A stretch of DNA of 64,000 nucleotides from Fidelibacterota bacterium (GTDB lineage: Bacteria > Fidelibacterota > Marinisomatia > Marinisomatales > JACNKV01), in contig JACNKV010000115.1 of assembly GCA_014381855.1 (NCBI GenBank), positions 7,886 to 71,885 on the forward strand, given 5' to 3'. Positions 27,269 through 36,572 of this stretch are shown one piece after another. The translations under genes were made by a program, and so were the position numbers. The notes under the pieces are model-generated. The model saw only the letters and a program-made list of their open reading frames with translations, did not search any database and was not told where the DNA came from. Numbering within the stretch: the stretch's first letter is position 1; each line of letters starts with the position of its first letter.

Positions 27269-27472
27269 TTAGTCCTGTTTCAGTCGCATTAAATTTCGTA
27301 TTATTCCCAGTATACCTGCGATAGCTAAGAAAATAGCTGCCAGTCGAAGATTGCTGCTTGGGATTTCGTGTCCAGCAAAATATATTGAAATTCCTGCGGC
27401 AGTGTATAAGACAAACCGCGTTATCCGAAGTACACTGAATTCGTTAAAGTCTTTTTTCATGTTTTTCTCCAT
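27269..27472 (-). CDS. small two-TM membrane protein, hypothetical
   Basis: 67-aa ORF with two hydrophobic segments between tRNA-Pro and leuS. No recognisable family. Confidence 0.35.
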   Translation of the reverse strand: MEKNMKKDFNEFSVLRITRFVLYTAAGISIYFAGHEIPSSNLRLAAIFLAIAGILGIIRNLMRLKQD

Positions 27473-27619
27473 TTTACTTTTATAAGGGGTTTAAGAGTGT
27501 TTAGGTATTCTAGTAATTAGGTAGTGTTATTTACTAATTATTCTTGTCGACGTAGTATGCCCTGTGTAATACCGATTGTCAGTTGCACTAAACAAGATAT
27601 ATGTCCAATGTTTCATGTG

Positions 27620-27694
27620 TCGGGGTGAAAGGATTTGAACCTTCGACCTCGTCGTCCCGAACGACGCGCGCTAACCGGGCTGCGCTACACCCCG
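27620..27694 (-). tRNA. tRNA-Pro (anticodon CGG)
   Basis: The minus-strand 75 nt, CGGGGTG-TA-GCGC-AGCCCGGTTA-GCGC-G-CGTCG-TTCGGGA-CGACG-AGGTC-GAAGG-TTCAAAT-CCTTT-CACCCCG-A, folds by hand into a full cloverleaf. CCA is not encoded. Confidence 0.9.
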
Positions 27695-27965
27695 AATTTC
27701 TTTATAAAAAAGCGATGCGAATTTACGGATTGTCATTTACCCTACACAATACAAAAGGGGTTATCCGCGATAATTATTTAAATTTCTAATGTAACAATAA
27801 AACCTCGGTAAAACAGGAGTTAGAAAAATAACAGACAGAAATAAAGAACAAGATTATTAACCTACCACCTTCCCGACCCGTCGAGACGTGCTAACCGGAC
27901 TGCGCTACACCCCGAATTTCTTTATAAAAAAGCGATGCGAATTTACTGATGGTAATTTACCTAAA
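27668..27965. repeat. tandem duplication (220-bp period) of the tRNA-Pro 5' part plus about 45 bp of its upstream region
   Basis: 27668-27740 and 27888-27960 align at a fixed 220-bp offset with about five mismatches over ~73 bp, through CTAACCGG(G/A)CTGCGCTACACCCCGAATTTCTTTATAAAAAAGCGATGCGAATTTAC. Confidence 0.8.
27840..27914 (-). pseudogene. decayed tRNA-Pro copy (5' third intact; anticodon and T arms no longer fold)
   Basis: The minus-strand CGGGGTGTAGCGCAGTCCGGTTAGCAC matches the tRNA-Pro 5' part. The remainder, GTCTCGACGGGTCGGGAAGGTGGTAGGTTAATAATC, only loosely resembles the anticodon and T arms, and there is no acceptor 3' strand. Confidence 0.55.
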
Positions 27966-27994
27966 TATATGTGGAAAGAAGCCTTTAAATTTAT

Positions 27995-29092
27995 TCACAT
28001 AATACGAATAAATTGTTTTCCGCCAATTTGTTTAATTGCACCTTTGAGTTCAAGTTGAAGCAAAATCGTCAGAAGTTGTGTAATTTCAACAGAAGATATT
28101 CGTGTGAGTTCATCAATATGTTTTGGATCATTGTCTAAGATATTTAGAATTTGTTTTTCTTCTTCAGTTATATCAAAACGAATTTTCGTTTGTTTAGCTT
28201 TTCGTGGTTTAAACAAGCAATGTTGAATATGCTCAATGATTTGCTCAGCATTTTCAACAGGGACTGCACCGTGTCGAAGCAAACGTAAACATCCCACACT
28301 TTGTTTATCATAAATACGTCCCGGAACTGCAAACACTTCTCTATTCTGGTCAATAGAGTTTAACGCAGTCAACATCGCTCCGCTTCTGTCTCCTGCTTCG
28401 ACAACGATCGTTCCATGAGAAAGACCGCTAATTATTCGGTTTCTCTGAGGAAAATTACCTGGATCGGGTTTAGTCCCCAGAGGAAATTCAGAGATAATTG
28501 TACCATCTTTTGTAATAGCGTCCGCAAGGTCTCGGTTTTCAGCCGGATAAATAATATCAATCCCGCTACCAAGGACAGCAATTGTTTTCCCTCCTCCGGT
28601 AACCACTTCTTTATGAGCAACAGTATCTATGCCACGAGCAAGCCCGCTCACAATTGTCAGATTATTTGCACTAAGATCTTTAGCCAACGATTGAGCAACT
28701 CTCCTTCCGTATTGAGTCGTATTTCTTGATCCAACAATGGCAACAGTATCTTCTTTTGGATTTAACGGCTGGCCTTTAAGATACAGTAAAACGGGCGGGT
28801 TATAGATGTTTTTTAAGGGCACAGGATACTCCTCGTCCCATAAAGAAATAATCCGAGCATCTTTATCTTGGGCAGTATCCCATTCCTTTTTTCCATAATC
28901 AAAATCAGAATATGATTTAATTGTTTTCGCCAAACGTTGGTCTATTCCGTCAATAGCACAAAGGTCTTTTTCGGATAAAGAGAATATTGAGTCTAAAATA
29001 TCGTGTTTTAATAATAATGCGCGTACTCGTTTAGGACCGATTTTTGGTACATTTAATAAATTTAGTATAGTGATAATATTTGTTCTGCTCAT
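27995..29092 (-). CDS. dprA: DNA-processing protein DprA (Smf)
   Basis: 365 aa. VGSRNTTQYG, IVSGLARGIDTVAHK and a C-terminal winged-helix-like tail. Confidence 0.9.
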   Translation of the reverse strand: MSRTNIITILNLLNVPKIGPKRVRALLLKHDILDSIFSLSEKDLCAIDGIDQRLAKTIKSYSDFDYGKKEWDTAQDKDARIISLWDEEYPVPLKNIYNPPVLLYLKGQPLNPKEDTVAIVGSRNTTQYGRRVAQSLAKDLSANNLTIVSGLARGIDTVAHKEVVTGGGKTIAVLGSGIDIIYPAENRDLADAITKDGTIISEFPLGTKPDPGNFPQRNRIISGLSHGTIVVEAGDRSGAMLTALNSIDQNREVFAVPGRIYDKQSVGCLRLLRHGAVPVENAEQIIEHIQHCLFKPRKAKQTKIRFDITEEEKQILNILDNDPKHIDELTRISSVEITQLLTILLQLELKGAIKQIGGKQFIRIM

Positions 29093-29198
29093 CAGTTAAA
29101 TCCTATACATTATTTCAAACCTAAATTGAGTACTTTTTCAACGAACAGGTCGGCTACGTGTTTTACGAAATCGTTCAATTTAGAACAAAATAAAATCA

Positions 29199-30179
29199 TC
29201 AGTAAGATTGCGTCAATAAAGGTACGATTTTCTGTATTAGAATCTTTATTCCATAGCCGGTGACAGAAGAAATATCAATATATTCCTCAGAAAATTCTTT
29301 CCATGTCGCTGAAATCTCTTGATGTTGAATAGTATCATATTTACTGCGAACAATAATGTAAGGTTTCAATTTTAAAGACGGATTGTAAAGTAAGACTTCG
29401 TTTTTTAACGTATCAAATACAGATTGTGGATTCTCTTCACCTGCGTCAATCATGTACAACAAAAGTCGATTACGCTCAATATGCCGTAAAAATTGATGTC
29501 CTAGACCTTTACCTTGGCTTGCTCCCTCGATTAATCCCGGTATGTCTGCCATGACGAATGAAGTAAAATCACCATATTTAACTATCCCTAAATGAGGCTG
29601 CATAGTGGTAAACGGGTAATTGGCAATCTTGGGTTTCGCTGCAGAAATTGCAGATAATAATGTGGACTTCCCTGCGTTCGGCAGTCCTACCAATCCTACA
29701 TCGGCAAGAACTTTCAATTCGAGTTCAACGACTTTATGTTCACCCGGTAATCCCGGTTGTGACTGACGAGGTGTTTGATTTGTAGGTGTTTTAAAATGTG
29801 TGTTTCCTCGTCCACCCTTTCCTCCATAACATGCTACATATTCATCACCAACGATAGTTAAATCAGCCAACACTTCGTCATTATTGGCATCTTTGATTAC
29901 CGTACCCGGTGGTACTGATATTTTTATATCTTTTCCATTTTTACCAAATCGTTGATTTTTCCCTCCTTGCCCACCCCTTTCAGCTTTATAGAGTTTATGA
30001 TATCGAATATCTTGAAGCGTATGTAAATTATTGTCAACGGAAAACATGATATGTCCTCCCCTTCCGCCATCACCACCATCAGGACCACCTTTCGGTACAT
30101 ACTTTTCCCTACGGAAGGAAATGATCCCTGCTCCTCCGTCTCCAGATTTTATTTCTATTTTCGTGTAATCAACAAACAT
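29199..30179 (-). CDS. obg: GTPase Obg/CgtA
   Basis: 326 aa. N-terminal MFVDYTKIEIKSGDGGAG...GGPDGGDGGRGG Obg fold, then GLPNAGKST and DIPGLIEGA G motifs. Confidence 0.93.
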   Translation of the reverse strand: MFVDYTKIEIKSGDGGAGIISFRREKYVPKGGPDGGDGGRGGHIMFSVDNNLHTLQDIRYHKLYKAERGGQGGKNQRFGKNGKDIKISVPPGTVIKDANNDEVLADLTIVGDEYVACYGGKGGRGNTHFKTPTNQTPRQSQPGLPGEHKVVELELKVLADVGLVGLPNAGKSTLLSAISAAKPKIANYPFTTMQPHLGIVKYGDFTSFVMADIPGLIEGASQGKGLGHQFLRHIERNRLLLYMIDAGEENPQSVFDTLKNEVLLYNPSLKLKPYIIVRSKYDTIQHQEISATWKEFSEEYIDISSVTGYGIKILIQKIVPLLTQSY

Positions 30180-30229
30180 TGAAATTTTATGCTAATCCCT
30201 GACTGAAGTTGAACTCTTCATAAAACACT

Positions 30230-32446
30230 TTAAATACTATTAACAATTGAATTTAATGTCGCACTTGGTCTCATTACAGCATTGGCTTTAGCATCATCGG
30301 GTTGGAAATATCCGCCTATATCCTGTTTAGTATTTTCAGTAGAAAGTAGTTCTTTTATAATATTATCTTCATTTTTCTCTAAGTCATCAGCAATCATAGA
30401 AAATTTCTCAGATAATATTTTGTCATCTTTTTGAGAAGCAAGTGCTCTTGCCCAATATTGTGCTAAATAAAAATGCCCTGATGTATTCCCAAGTTCACCG
30501 GCAATACGTGAGGGTGATTTCCTATTCTCCAAGTATTTTGAATTTGCAACATCAAGCGCCGATGTTACTATTTCCAAAGTCTTTGATGAATTTTTCTGAG
30601 CTACGTAGCGTAAAGATTCTGCTAACGCTAAAAATTCTCCTAGAGAATCCCATCTTAAATGACCTTCTTTAATAAATTGAGCAATATGTTTTGGAGCCGA
30701 TCCTCCTGCACCGGTTTCAAATAATCCACCACCGGCAATTAACGGAACGACTGATAACATCTTTGCCGACGTCCCAAGCTCTAAGATTGGAAACAGATCC
30801 GTTAAATAATCTCTTAATACATTTCCGGTTGCGCTGATTGTATCCAGTCCTGCCCGTACTCTTTCTAATGTAAATTTCATCGCAAGTTGTGGTGAGAATA
30901 TATGATATTCAATATCATTGTCTATGTTATAATATGGTAAATATTTCAGCACTCTGTCAATAATATTGGCATCATGAGGACGGTTTTTATCCAGCCAAAA
31001 GACGACAGGTAATCTGGTTAATTTTGCTCTGGTGTACGCAAGTTTAACCCAGTCTTTAATAGGGATATCTTTTGTAGTAGCCATTCGCCATATATCCTCA
31101 TTTTCAACTTGATGGCTTATTAAGATATCTCCCTCTGAATCTACCACGTTTACAATACCGTCGGCAGGGATTTCAAACGTCGTCAGATGTGAGCCATATT
31201 CTTCGGCTTTTTGCGCCATGAGCCCCACATTTGAAACATTTCCCATCTTGGCCACATCAAATTGTCCGTTGACAACACAATCATGAATAATCTCTTTATA
31301 CATGGTCGCGTAAGATCTGTCAGGGATGACAGCCTTGCACTCCTGAAGCTCACCATTTGGATTCCACATTTGCCCGCCGTCTCTCACGACCACCGGCATA
31401 GATGCATCGATAATCACATCATTAGGGGCATGTAAGTTGGTAATGCCGTTGTCAGAGTCCACCATAGCTAAAGCCGGGCTGATTTTATACACATCCTGAA
31501 TTGCTTGTTCAATTTCAGATTTCTTATTGGAAGAAAGTGAAGTCAGTTTATTATAGAGATCGTTCAAACCCAAATTTGGATTTATACTTAAATTTTCAAA
31601 CTCTTCTGCATACTTTTTAAAGACATCACGATAAAATACGCGGACAGCGTGACCAAACAAGATTGGATCAGACACTTTCATCATGGTCGCTTTCAGATGC
31701 AGGGAGAATAATAAACCCTGCTCGTGTGCATCAGTGATTTCTCGGGCATAAAAAGTTTTTAAGGAGTTGACAGACATAAATGTGGCATCAATAACTTCTT
31801 TATCCTGAATTTGAACTTCTTTAAGCAGTTGCTTGTTTCCATCTTTTGTGTGGAATTCTATTTTTACAACTCCTGCTCCATTTTTAATCATGGATTTTTC
31901 ATTCCCATAGAAATCATTGTCCTGCATATGTGCAACATGCGTTTTTGAGTTATCCGCAAATTGTTTCAATTTATGAGGATGATTAATCGCATAGTTTTTA
32001 ACAGAATCAGGTGCTCTTCTGTCTGAATTTCCTTCTCTCAACACCGGATTTACCGCTGAACCTAAACATGTCGAATATTTTTCTCTAACGACTATTTCTT
32101 TTTGGGTTGTTGGTTCTTCGGGGAAATCCGGAATGGAGTATCCCTTACTTTGGAGTTCAGCGATGCATGCTTTTAACTGAGGAATGGAGGCAGATATATT
32201 TGGTAGTTTGATAATATTTCCATCCGATGTTTTAACGACATTTCCTAAATAGGAAAGATCATCATTGATTTTTTGTTCGGGTGTCATTTTTTCCGGAAAT
32301 GTAGCAATAATTCTCCCCGCTAATGAAATGTCTCTCAATTCAACTTCAATGTCTGCAACACGTATAAACGCTTTCAAAATGGGGAAAAATGATCGTGTTG
32401 CTAATGCCGGTGCTTCGTCAGTTTTTGTCCAAATAATTTTTGACAT
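30230..32446 (-). CDS. icd: isocitrate dehydrogenase (NADP), monomeric type
   Basis: 738 aa. The N-terminal KIIWTKTDEAPALATRSFFPILKAF and the size are characteristic of monomeric IDH. Confidence 0.9.
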   Translation of the reverse strand: MSKIIWTKTDEAPALATRSFFPILKAFIRVADIEVELRDISLAGRIIATFPEKMTPEQKINDDLSYLGNVVKTSDGNIIKLPNISASIPQLKACIAELQSKGYSIPDFPEEPTTQKEIVVREKYSTCLGSAVNPVLREGNSDRRAPDSVKNYAINHPHKLKQFADNSKTHVAHMQDNDFYGNEKSMIKNGAGVVKIEFHTKDGNKQLLKEVQIQDKEVIDATFMSVNSLKTFYAREITDAHEQGLLFSLHLKATMMKVSDPILFGHAVRVFYRDVFKKYAEEFENLSINPNLGLNDLYNKLTSLSSNKKSEIEQAIQDVYKISPALAMVDSDNGITNLHAPNDVIIDASMPVVVRDGGQMWNPNGELQECKAVIPDRSYATMYKEIIHDCVVNGQFDVAKMGNVSNVGLMAQKAEEYGSHLTTFEIPADGIVNVVDSEGDILISHQVENEDIWRMATTKDIPIKDWVKLAYTRAKLTRLPVVFWLDKNRPHDANIIDRVLKYLPYYNIDNDIEYHIFSPQLAMKFTLERVRAGLDTISATGNVLRDYLTDLFPILELGTSAKMLSVVPLIAGGGLFETGAGGSAPKHIAQFIKEGHLRWDSLGEFLALAESLRYVAQKNSSKTLEIVTSALDVANSKYLENRKSPSRIAGELGNTSGHFYLAQYWARALASQKDDKILSEKFSMIADDLEKNEDNIIKELLSTENTKQDIGGYFQPDDAKANAVMRPSATLNSIVNSI

Positions 32447-32719
32447 TTAACTATCCTTTTTCTTCGTTTTCGTTTCGGTATTCACTTTTGATTTTTGTTT
32501 CGGTTTATTTTTTATTGTGGTATCCTTTGAATTGCTTTTCTTTTTGTAATCTGTCAGATAAAAACCTGTTCCTTTGAAAATCAATCCCGTGCCACCGCTA
32601 ATGAGTCTGCGAACAGAGGATCCACATGAAGGGCAATCAGTTAATGGTAAATCAGACATGGTCTGAAAATGTTCAAAGTTATGTCCGCATTTCTTACATA
32701 AATAATCATATGTAGGCAT
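32447..32719 (-). CDS. FmdB-family zinc-ribbon protein with Lys-rich tail
   Basis: 90 aa. MPTYDYLCKKCGHNFE...CPSCGS...GFYLTDYKK is typical of the FmdB/CxxC_CxxC_SSSS family. Its stop directly abuts the icd ATG (TAAATG). Confidence 0.8.
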   Translation of the reverse strand: MPTYDYLCKKCGHNFEHFQTMSDLPLTDCPSCGSSVRRLISGGTGLIFKGTGFYLTDYKKKSNSKDTTIKNKPKQKSKVNTETKTKKKDS

Positions 32720-32788
32720 TGTATATCTTTCTTTCTCGACTGTAATGAATAATAAGTTGCTAAGTGTAGAGGATTCTGAATACTATAT

Positions 32789-33271
32789 TCAGTCTAAATC
32801 AAACTTTTTATTTAAACACATCAGAACCTTATTTGGCACATAATCAACAATATTTCCACCCAATTTTGCCACATCTTTTACAACTGTTGAGTTTAAATGG
32901 ATGAATTTTTCATCAGGCATCATGAGTAATGTTGTGACTTCAGGATTGAGATGGTAATTCATCATAGCCATTTGAAATTCAAATTCAAAATCACTCACAT
33001 GTCGTAAGCCACGAATTAAAGCGACTGCCTTTTCCTGTTTTGCAAATTCTACAATCAAATATTTTGTGGATGACACCCTTACATTAGGAAGATGTTTCGT
33101 AGCCTCTTCAATCATTTCCACACGTTCTTTCGTTGTGAACAAGGGCTCTTTTAAGACATTCTCTGCCACAACAAAAATCAATTCATCAAATAATTTTGAT
33201 GCACGCTCGGCAATATCTATGTGTCCATTATGTATCGGGTCAAACGTACCCGGATAGATTATATTTTTCAT
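32789..33271 (-). CDS. coaD: phosphopantetheine adenylyltransferase
   Basis: YPGTFDPIHNGHIDI motif. The ATG at 33271 forms an ATGA overlap with the rsmD stop. The track start at 33283 would be a TTG. Confidence 0.9.
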   Translation of the reverse strand: MKNIIYPGTFDPIHNGHIDIAERASKLFDELIFVVAENVLKEPLFTTKERVEMIEEATKHLPNVRVSSTKYLIVEFAKQEKAVALIRGLRHVSDFEFEFQMAMMNYHLNPEVTTLLMMPDEKFIHLNSTVVKDVAKLGGNIVDYVPNKVLMCLNKKFDLD

Positions 33272-33777
33272 GATAATCCCCAAAATATTAATTTAGTATC
33301 TCCGTATTTTTTTTCTCGTAATCCCGAAATAGTGGTGTCTGATGCATGTGTTTCTAAAACAAATGTACCGTTAGGCTTCAATTTAGATACGCAGATTTCT
33401 ACCAATGGTGAAAGTGAATACAGTTCGTATGGAGGATCTGCCATAATAAGATCAAATTCATCACATGATTCTAAAAACCTAAACGCATCCTGTCGAAATA
33501 TATTGAAAACAGATGATTTAAATCTGCATTTATTTTCCTGAAGAAGTTTAACTGCTGTCCCATTTTTTTCTACAAATGTGATAGAAGCCGCTCCCCTGCT
33601 TGCTGCCTCAAATCCTAATATGCCTGACCCTGAGAACAAATCGAGAACAGAATATTGTTCAATATCTCCAAGGATATCAAAAAGACTTTTTCTAACCCGC
33701 GTTTGGGTCGGACGATACGAGGCATGTCGAATTGTCCTGATCTTATGACCTTTGTATTTTCCAGCTAGAATATTCAT
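33268..33777 (-). CDS. rsmD: 16S rRNA (guanine966-N2)-methyltransferase RsmD
   Basis: 169 aa. SAM motif DLFSGSGILGFEAASRGA and catalytic ADPPY. Confidence 0.85.
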   Translation of the reverse strand: MNILAGKYKGHKIRTIRHASYRPTQTRVRKSLFDILGDIEQYSVLDLFSGSGILGFEAASRGAASITFVEKNGTAVKLLQENKCRFKSSVFNIFRQDAFRFLESCDEFDLIMADPPYELYSLSPLVEICVSKLKPNGTFVLETHASDTTISGLREKKYGDTKLIFWGLS

Positions 33778-35399
33778 TATTTTGTCGAATCTAATACAGA
33801 TAAATAAAACACTGTCGAAAACTGCAATTGGTCTTCTTGTCGTTCTATAATCAATTTGTTAAATCGTATATTATCTGCAAAGGTTGCAATGTAGTCTATG
33901 AGTTTCTGCGGAGGAAAATTACTCACTGTACGAATCATGAGAGGTCTGAATTTACTAGATTTTGCTTGGGGTATGTAAAATCTTGCCGTAGGAAAATGAC
34001 TCTGAATATCTTTTACTGCTGAATCTACAGATACCCAGTTTATTTGTTTTGAAATGAACAGAGATTCAACGTTTAATTCTATAATATTCTTTTCAATATA
34101 TTCTTGATTAACGGTGTCCTTCTCAGAAATATCCAATGATGAATCTGTTTCTATTACTAGAACTCCATCCTGCAACTTTAATGATGTAATGTTTTTTATG
34201 TCTTGCTTTCCAAGGATTTCAATCAATGATAATAATTGACCGTTCGCTTTAGTTAATTCACTTATTTCGGACATATGTATATCTGATTGCAACGTGTCTT
34301 GAACAAAAGGAACAGGATTTAAGTCTGGTTGTGATGAATCTCTACTATTTAAATATATCAATCCGACAAAAAGAAGTGCAATAATTACAGAAATGATTGA
34401 CGAAATTTGTTTATTCAACCTAAGTGTTGATTTCTCATTTTTCTTTCGCAGAGTTGTTATTTTTTTTTCAACGTTGTGTGATTTTTCTTTTTTTACTTGA
34501 ACCTCTTGAGGTTTCCACATTGTTATATTATTTTGTCTGAAATAATTCATATTTGATTCATGGTCATCATGGATTATCAACCGTGTTAAGCTGTTCAATT
34601 CACGGCTGGTAGTCTCCTCAGGTATGAATACTCCTTCAATGACAACCTCGTTGGAAGGGTCCATTATGTTGTGATTATATGGCGCCCATCTGGAGAGTTT
34701 GTTCTCAGAGAGATTGTCAACGATAATTATATTATTCTCGGTATTGAAAATATCTGCAATAGTCATCGTCTTCGATTCTTCCAGCAACTTGATACCGCCG
34801 GCTAGGAATCTAAGTTTTCCGGAAGCGATACCGTTTTTTCCACGATGTAAAAAACGATACAGATTGTTTTCTTCAAAAATATATACTGATCGATGATTAC
34901 TTGTCTCCAAAAATAATATATGTTCCGGTCCCATCCAAATCGGCTGTGCACTGAGTTCTGAAACCGTTAACTTGATAATTTCTATTAAATGTGTCGGGCA
35001 CTCATTAACAAAATACTGATTAGGATTTTCGGGATAATTTTGTGCAAATAACGAATAATCCTTGTGAAACGTTCTACCCCATTTTTGATTTTGGCGCCAA
35101 ATAAAGTAATCATATAAATCATCAATATGTAATTCTTCATTTACAGTGACAATTTCCTCAAGCAATAATTCTTGATGAACACCAATTGTGACATCTCGTC
35201 CATTAAGAGGAATTATTTCTATTAATTGACTAAATGCCGTTCCGATAACTGCATTTAGTTCAGCTTCGTCATCCAGGACAGTTGATAAGTGGTGATTAAA
35301 AGAAATCGCGCACAGGTTTGTGGCGATGTGTTTCTTTTTCTCAGTATTTGACCATTCTGCGCAAACGAGTTTTGCATCTGTGATAAGAATAGATACCAC
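33777..35399 (-). CDS. hypothetical bitopic membrane protein (~330-aa cytoplasmic part, one TM, ~185-aa external part)
   Basis: 540 aa with a single hydrophobic helix, ISSIISVIIALLFVGLIYL, near residue 340, preceded by a Lys-rich linker. No motif I can assign. The architecture is reminiscent of fused PilM/PilN/PilO-type assembly proteins (inference only). Confidence 0.3.
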   Translation of the reverse strand: MVSILITDAKLVCAEWSNTEKKKHIATNLCAISFNHHLSTVLDDEAELNAVIGTAFSQLIEIIPLNGRDVTIGVHQELLLEEIVTVNEELHIDDLYDYFIWRQNQKWGRTFHKDYSLFAQNYPENPNQYFVNECPTHLIEIIKLTVSELSAQPIWMGPEHILFLETSNHRSVYIFEENNLYRFLHRGKNGIASGKLRFLAGGIKLLEESKTMTIADIFNTENNIIIVDNLSENKLSRWAPYNHNIMDPSNEVVIEGVFIPEETTSRELNSLTRLIIHDDHESNMNYFRQNNITMWKPQEVQVKKEKSHNVEKKITTLRKKNEKSTLRLNKQISSIISVIIALLFVGLIYLNSRDSSQPDLNPVPFVQDTLQSDIHMSEISELTKANGQLLSLIEILGKQDIKNITSLKLQDGVLVIETDSSLDISEKDTVNQEYIEKNIIELNVESLFISKQINWVSVDSAVKDIQSHFPTARFYIPQAKSSKFRPLMIRTVSNFPPQKLIDYIATFADNIRFNKLIIERQEDQLQFSTVFYLSVLDSTK

Positions 35400-35408
35400 A
35401 GTAATTCA

Positions 35409-36155
35409 CTAACGATCCCAGCTTAAAAACCCGTCATCAATATATCCATGATTATCCGCCACAAAGGCGAAGATGAGGAATCTTTTTTCTTTATATTTGT
35501 CAACAATTGGACTGGAAATTCGAATTTTATCCTCCTGTATAGTAATAGTATAGTTCTCGTGTGTAAGAGGGCAGTAAAAATATGAGGAATCCGGAATGTA
35601 TGTGTCATAATATGTTACAGATTCAATACGCTGGACAGGCTCTTCGGCAATAATTTCGCGGAAATTTGGTTCAGACTGAAGCCGAGTTAATGATTTTTTT
35701 TGGATAAACATGGTATCATTACGGGCTAACTCCTCGGAAAACACAACAACGGTCATGGTCGTATCTGTAATAGTGTCTCTTCGAGATCGATGAAATCCAA
35801 ATGTCGTGTCGTATTCTACATCAAACCCTTTAGGAATGTTCACACTGATTTCTTTTTCAAACAATGTCAATACCTGTGTGTCGATATAGGTTGAATCTGC
35901 TATCAGAGAATCTCGAACCGCATTCACAACATTCATTGCCCAAAACCCGTCTTTCTCATAGTCGTCAGTTAATTGATGGTAAAAGCTTTCAAGATTATAA
36001 ATGTCTTCCATTCTAAAGTGGCTTTCATCTTGGACAATTGCTTCTTCCTCCCAAATAGCTACCGGAACATAAATCACGAAAATCATAAAGAGTATCATAA
36101 ATACAATTAACAATTCAAGAAAATCTGTAATTCGTTGTCTTTTTTTGCGATTCAT
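35409..36155 (-). CDS. hypothetical protein with pilin-like hydrophobic N-terminus
   Basis: 248 aa. The N-terminus KRQRITDFLELLIVFMILFMIFVIY resembles, but does not match, the G-FTLIELLIV class III signal: there is no Gly at -1 and the Glu is displaced. Confidence 0.3.
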   Translation of the reverse strand: MNRKKRQRITDFLELLIVFMILFMIFVIYVPVAIWEEEAIVQDESHFRMEDIYNLESFYHQLTDDYEKDGFWAMNVVNAVRDSLIADSTYIDTQVLTLFEKEISVNIPKGFDVEYDTTFGFHRSRRDTITDTTMTVVVFSEELARNDTMFIQKKSLTRLQSEPNFREIIAEEPVQRIESVTYYDTYIPDSSYFYCPLTHENYTITIQEDKIRISSPIVDKYKEKRFLIFAFVADNHGYIDDGFLSWDR

Positions 36156-36156
36156 T

Positions 36157-36567
36157 TTAATCTTCCTCTGTAATAGTAATTCTTGGCTTTAATCTTTCTA
36201 ATGTTTTGGGACCAATCCCTTTAACTCTTGTTAAGTTGTCTATCAGCTTAAAAGCTCCGTAATCTTCACGATAGTGCAAAATTCTTTCTGCAGTAACAGG
36301 ACCAATCTTCGGCAGAGTCATTAATTCAGCTTTATTTGCAGTATTAATATTAATGATTTCACTCGATTGAAACACAGTATTTTCTTCATCATTATCATTA
36401 TTTACCATCCCATTTGTGAGCGAGGCTGCTTTAGAAAAATCCTCAGACGCCGACTGTTTTGGAATGTGAGTATAAAAAAGACCATGTCTTATACTTCCAA
36501 CAAGTAGGCCGACAACTGCGACAATCAGAATAAAATACCAAACAGTCTTTTCCTTTTTTGTGAACAT
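36157..36567 (-). CDS. comEA: ComEA-family helix-hairpin-helix DNA-binding protein
   Basis: 136 aa with an N-terminal TM. The C-terminal ININTANKAELMTLPKIGPVTAERI...VKGIGPKTLERL is a tandem HhH. Confidence 0.85.
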   Translation of the reverse strand: MFTKKEKTVWYFILIVAVVGLLVGSIRHGLFYTHIPKQSASEDFSKAASLTNGMVNNDNDEENTVFQSSEIININTANKAELMTLPKIGPVTAERILHYREDYGAFKLIDNLTRVKGIGPKTLERLKPRITITEED

Positions 36568-36572
36568 AATCT

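Noticed and set aside
27601-27789. 62-aa plus-strand ORF (MSNVSCVGVKGFEPSTSSSRTTRANRAALHPEF...).
   Set aside because: It is the antisense translation of the tRNA-Pro gene, which explains the GFEPSTS-type peptide typical of reverse-read tRNAs. It is not a gene.
27620-27994. The tRNA-linked repeat as an attachment site of an integrated mobile element or genomic island.
   Set aside because: The duplicated part is the tRNA 5' end plus its upstream flank, not the 3' end. The copies are only 220 bp apart. No integrase, excisionase or cargo lies between or beside them.
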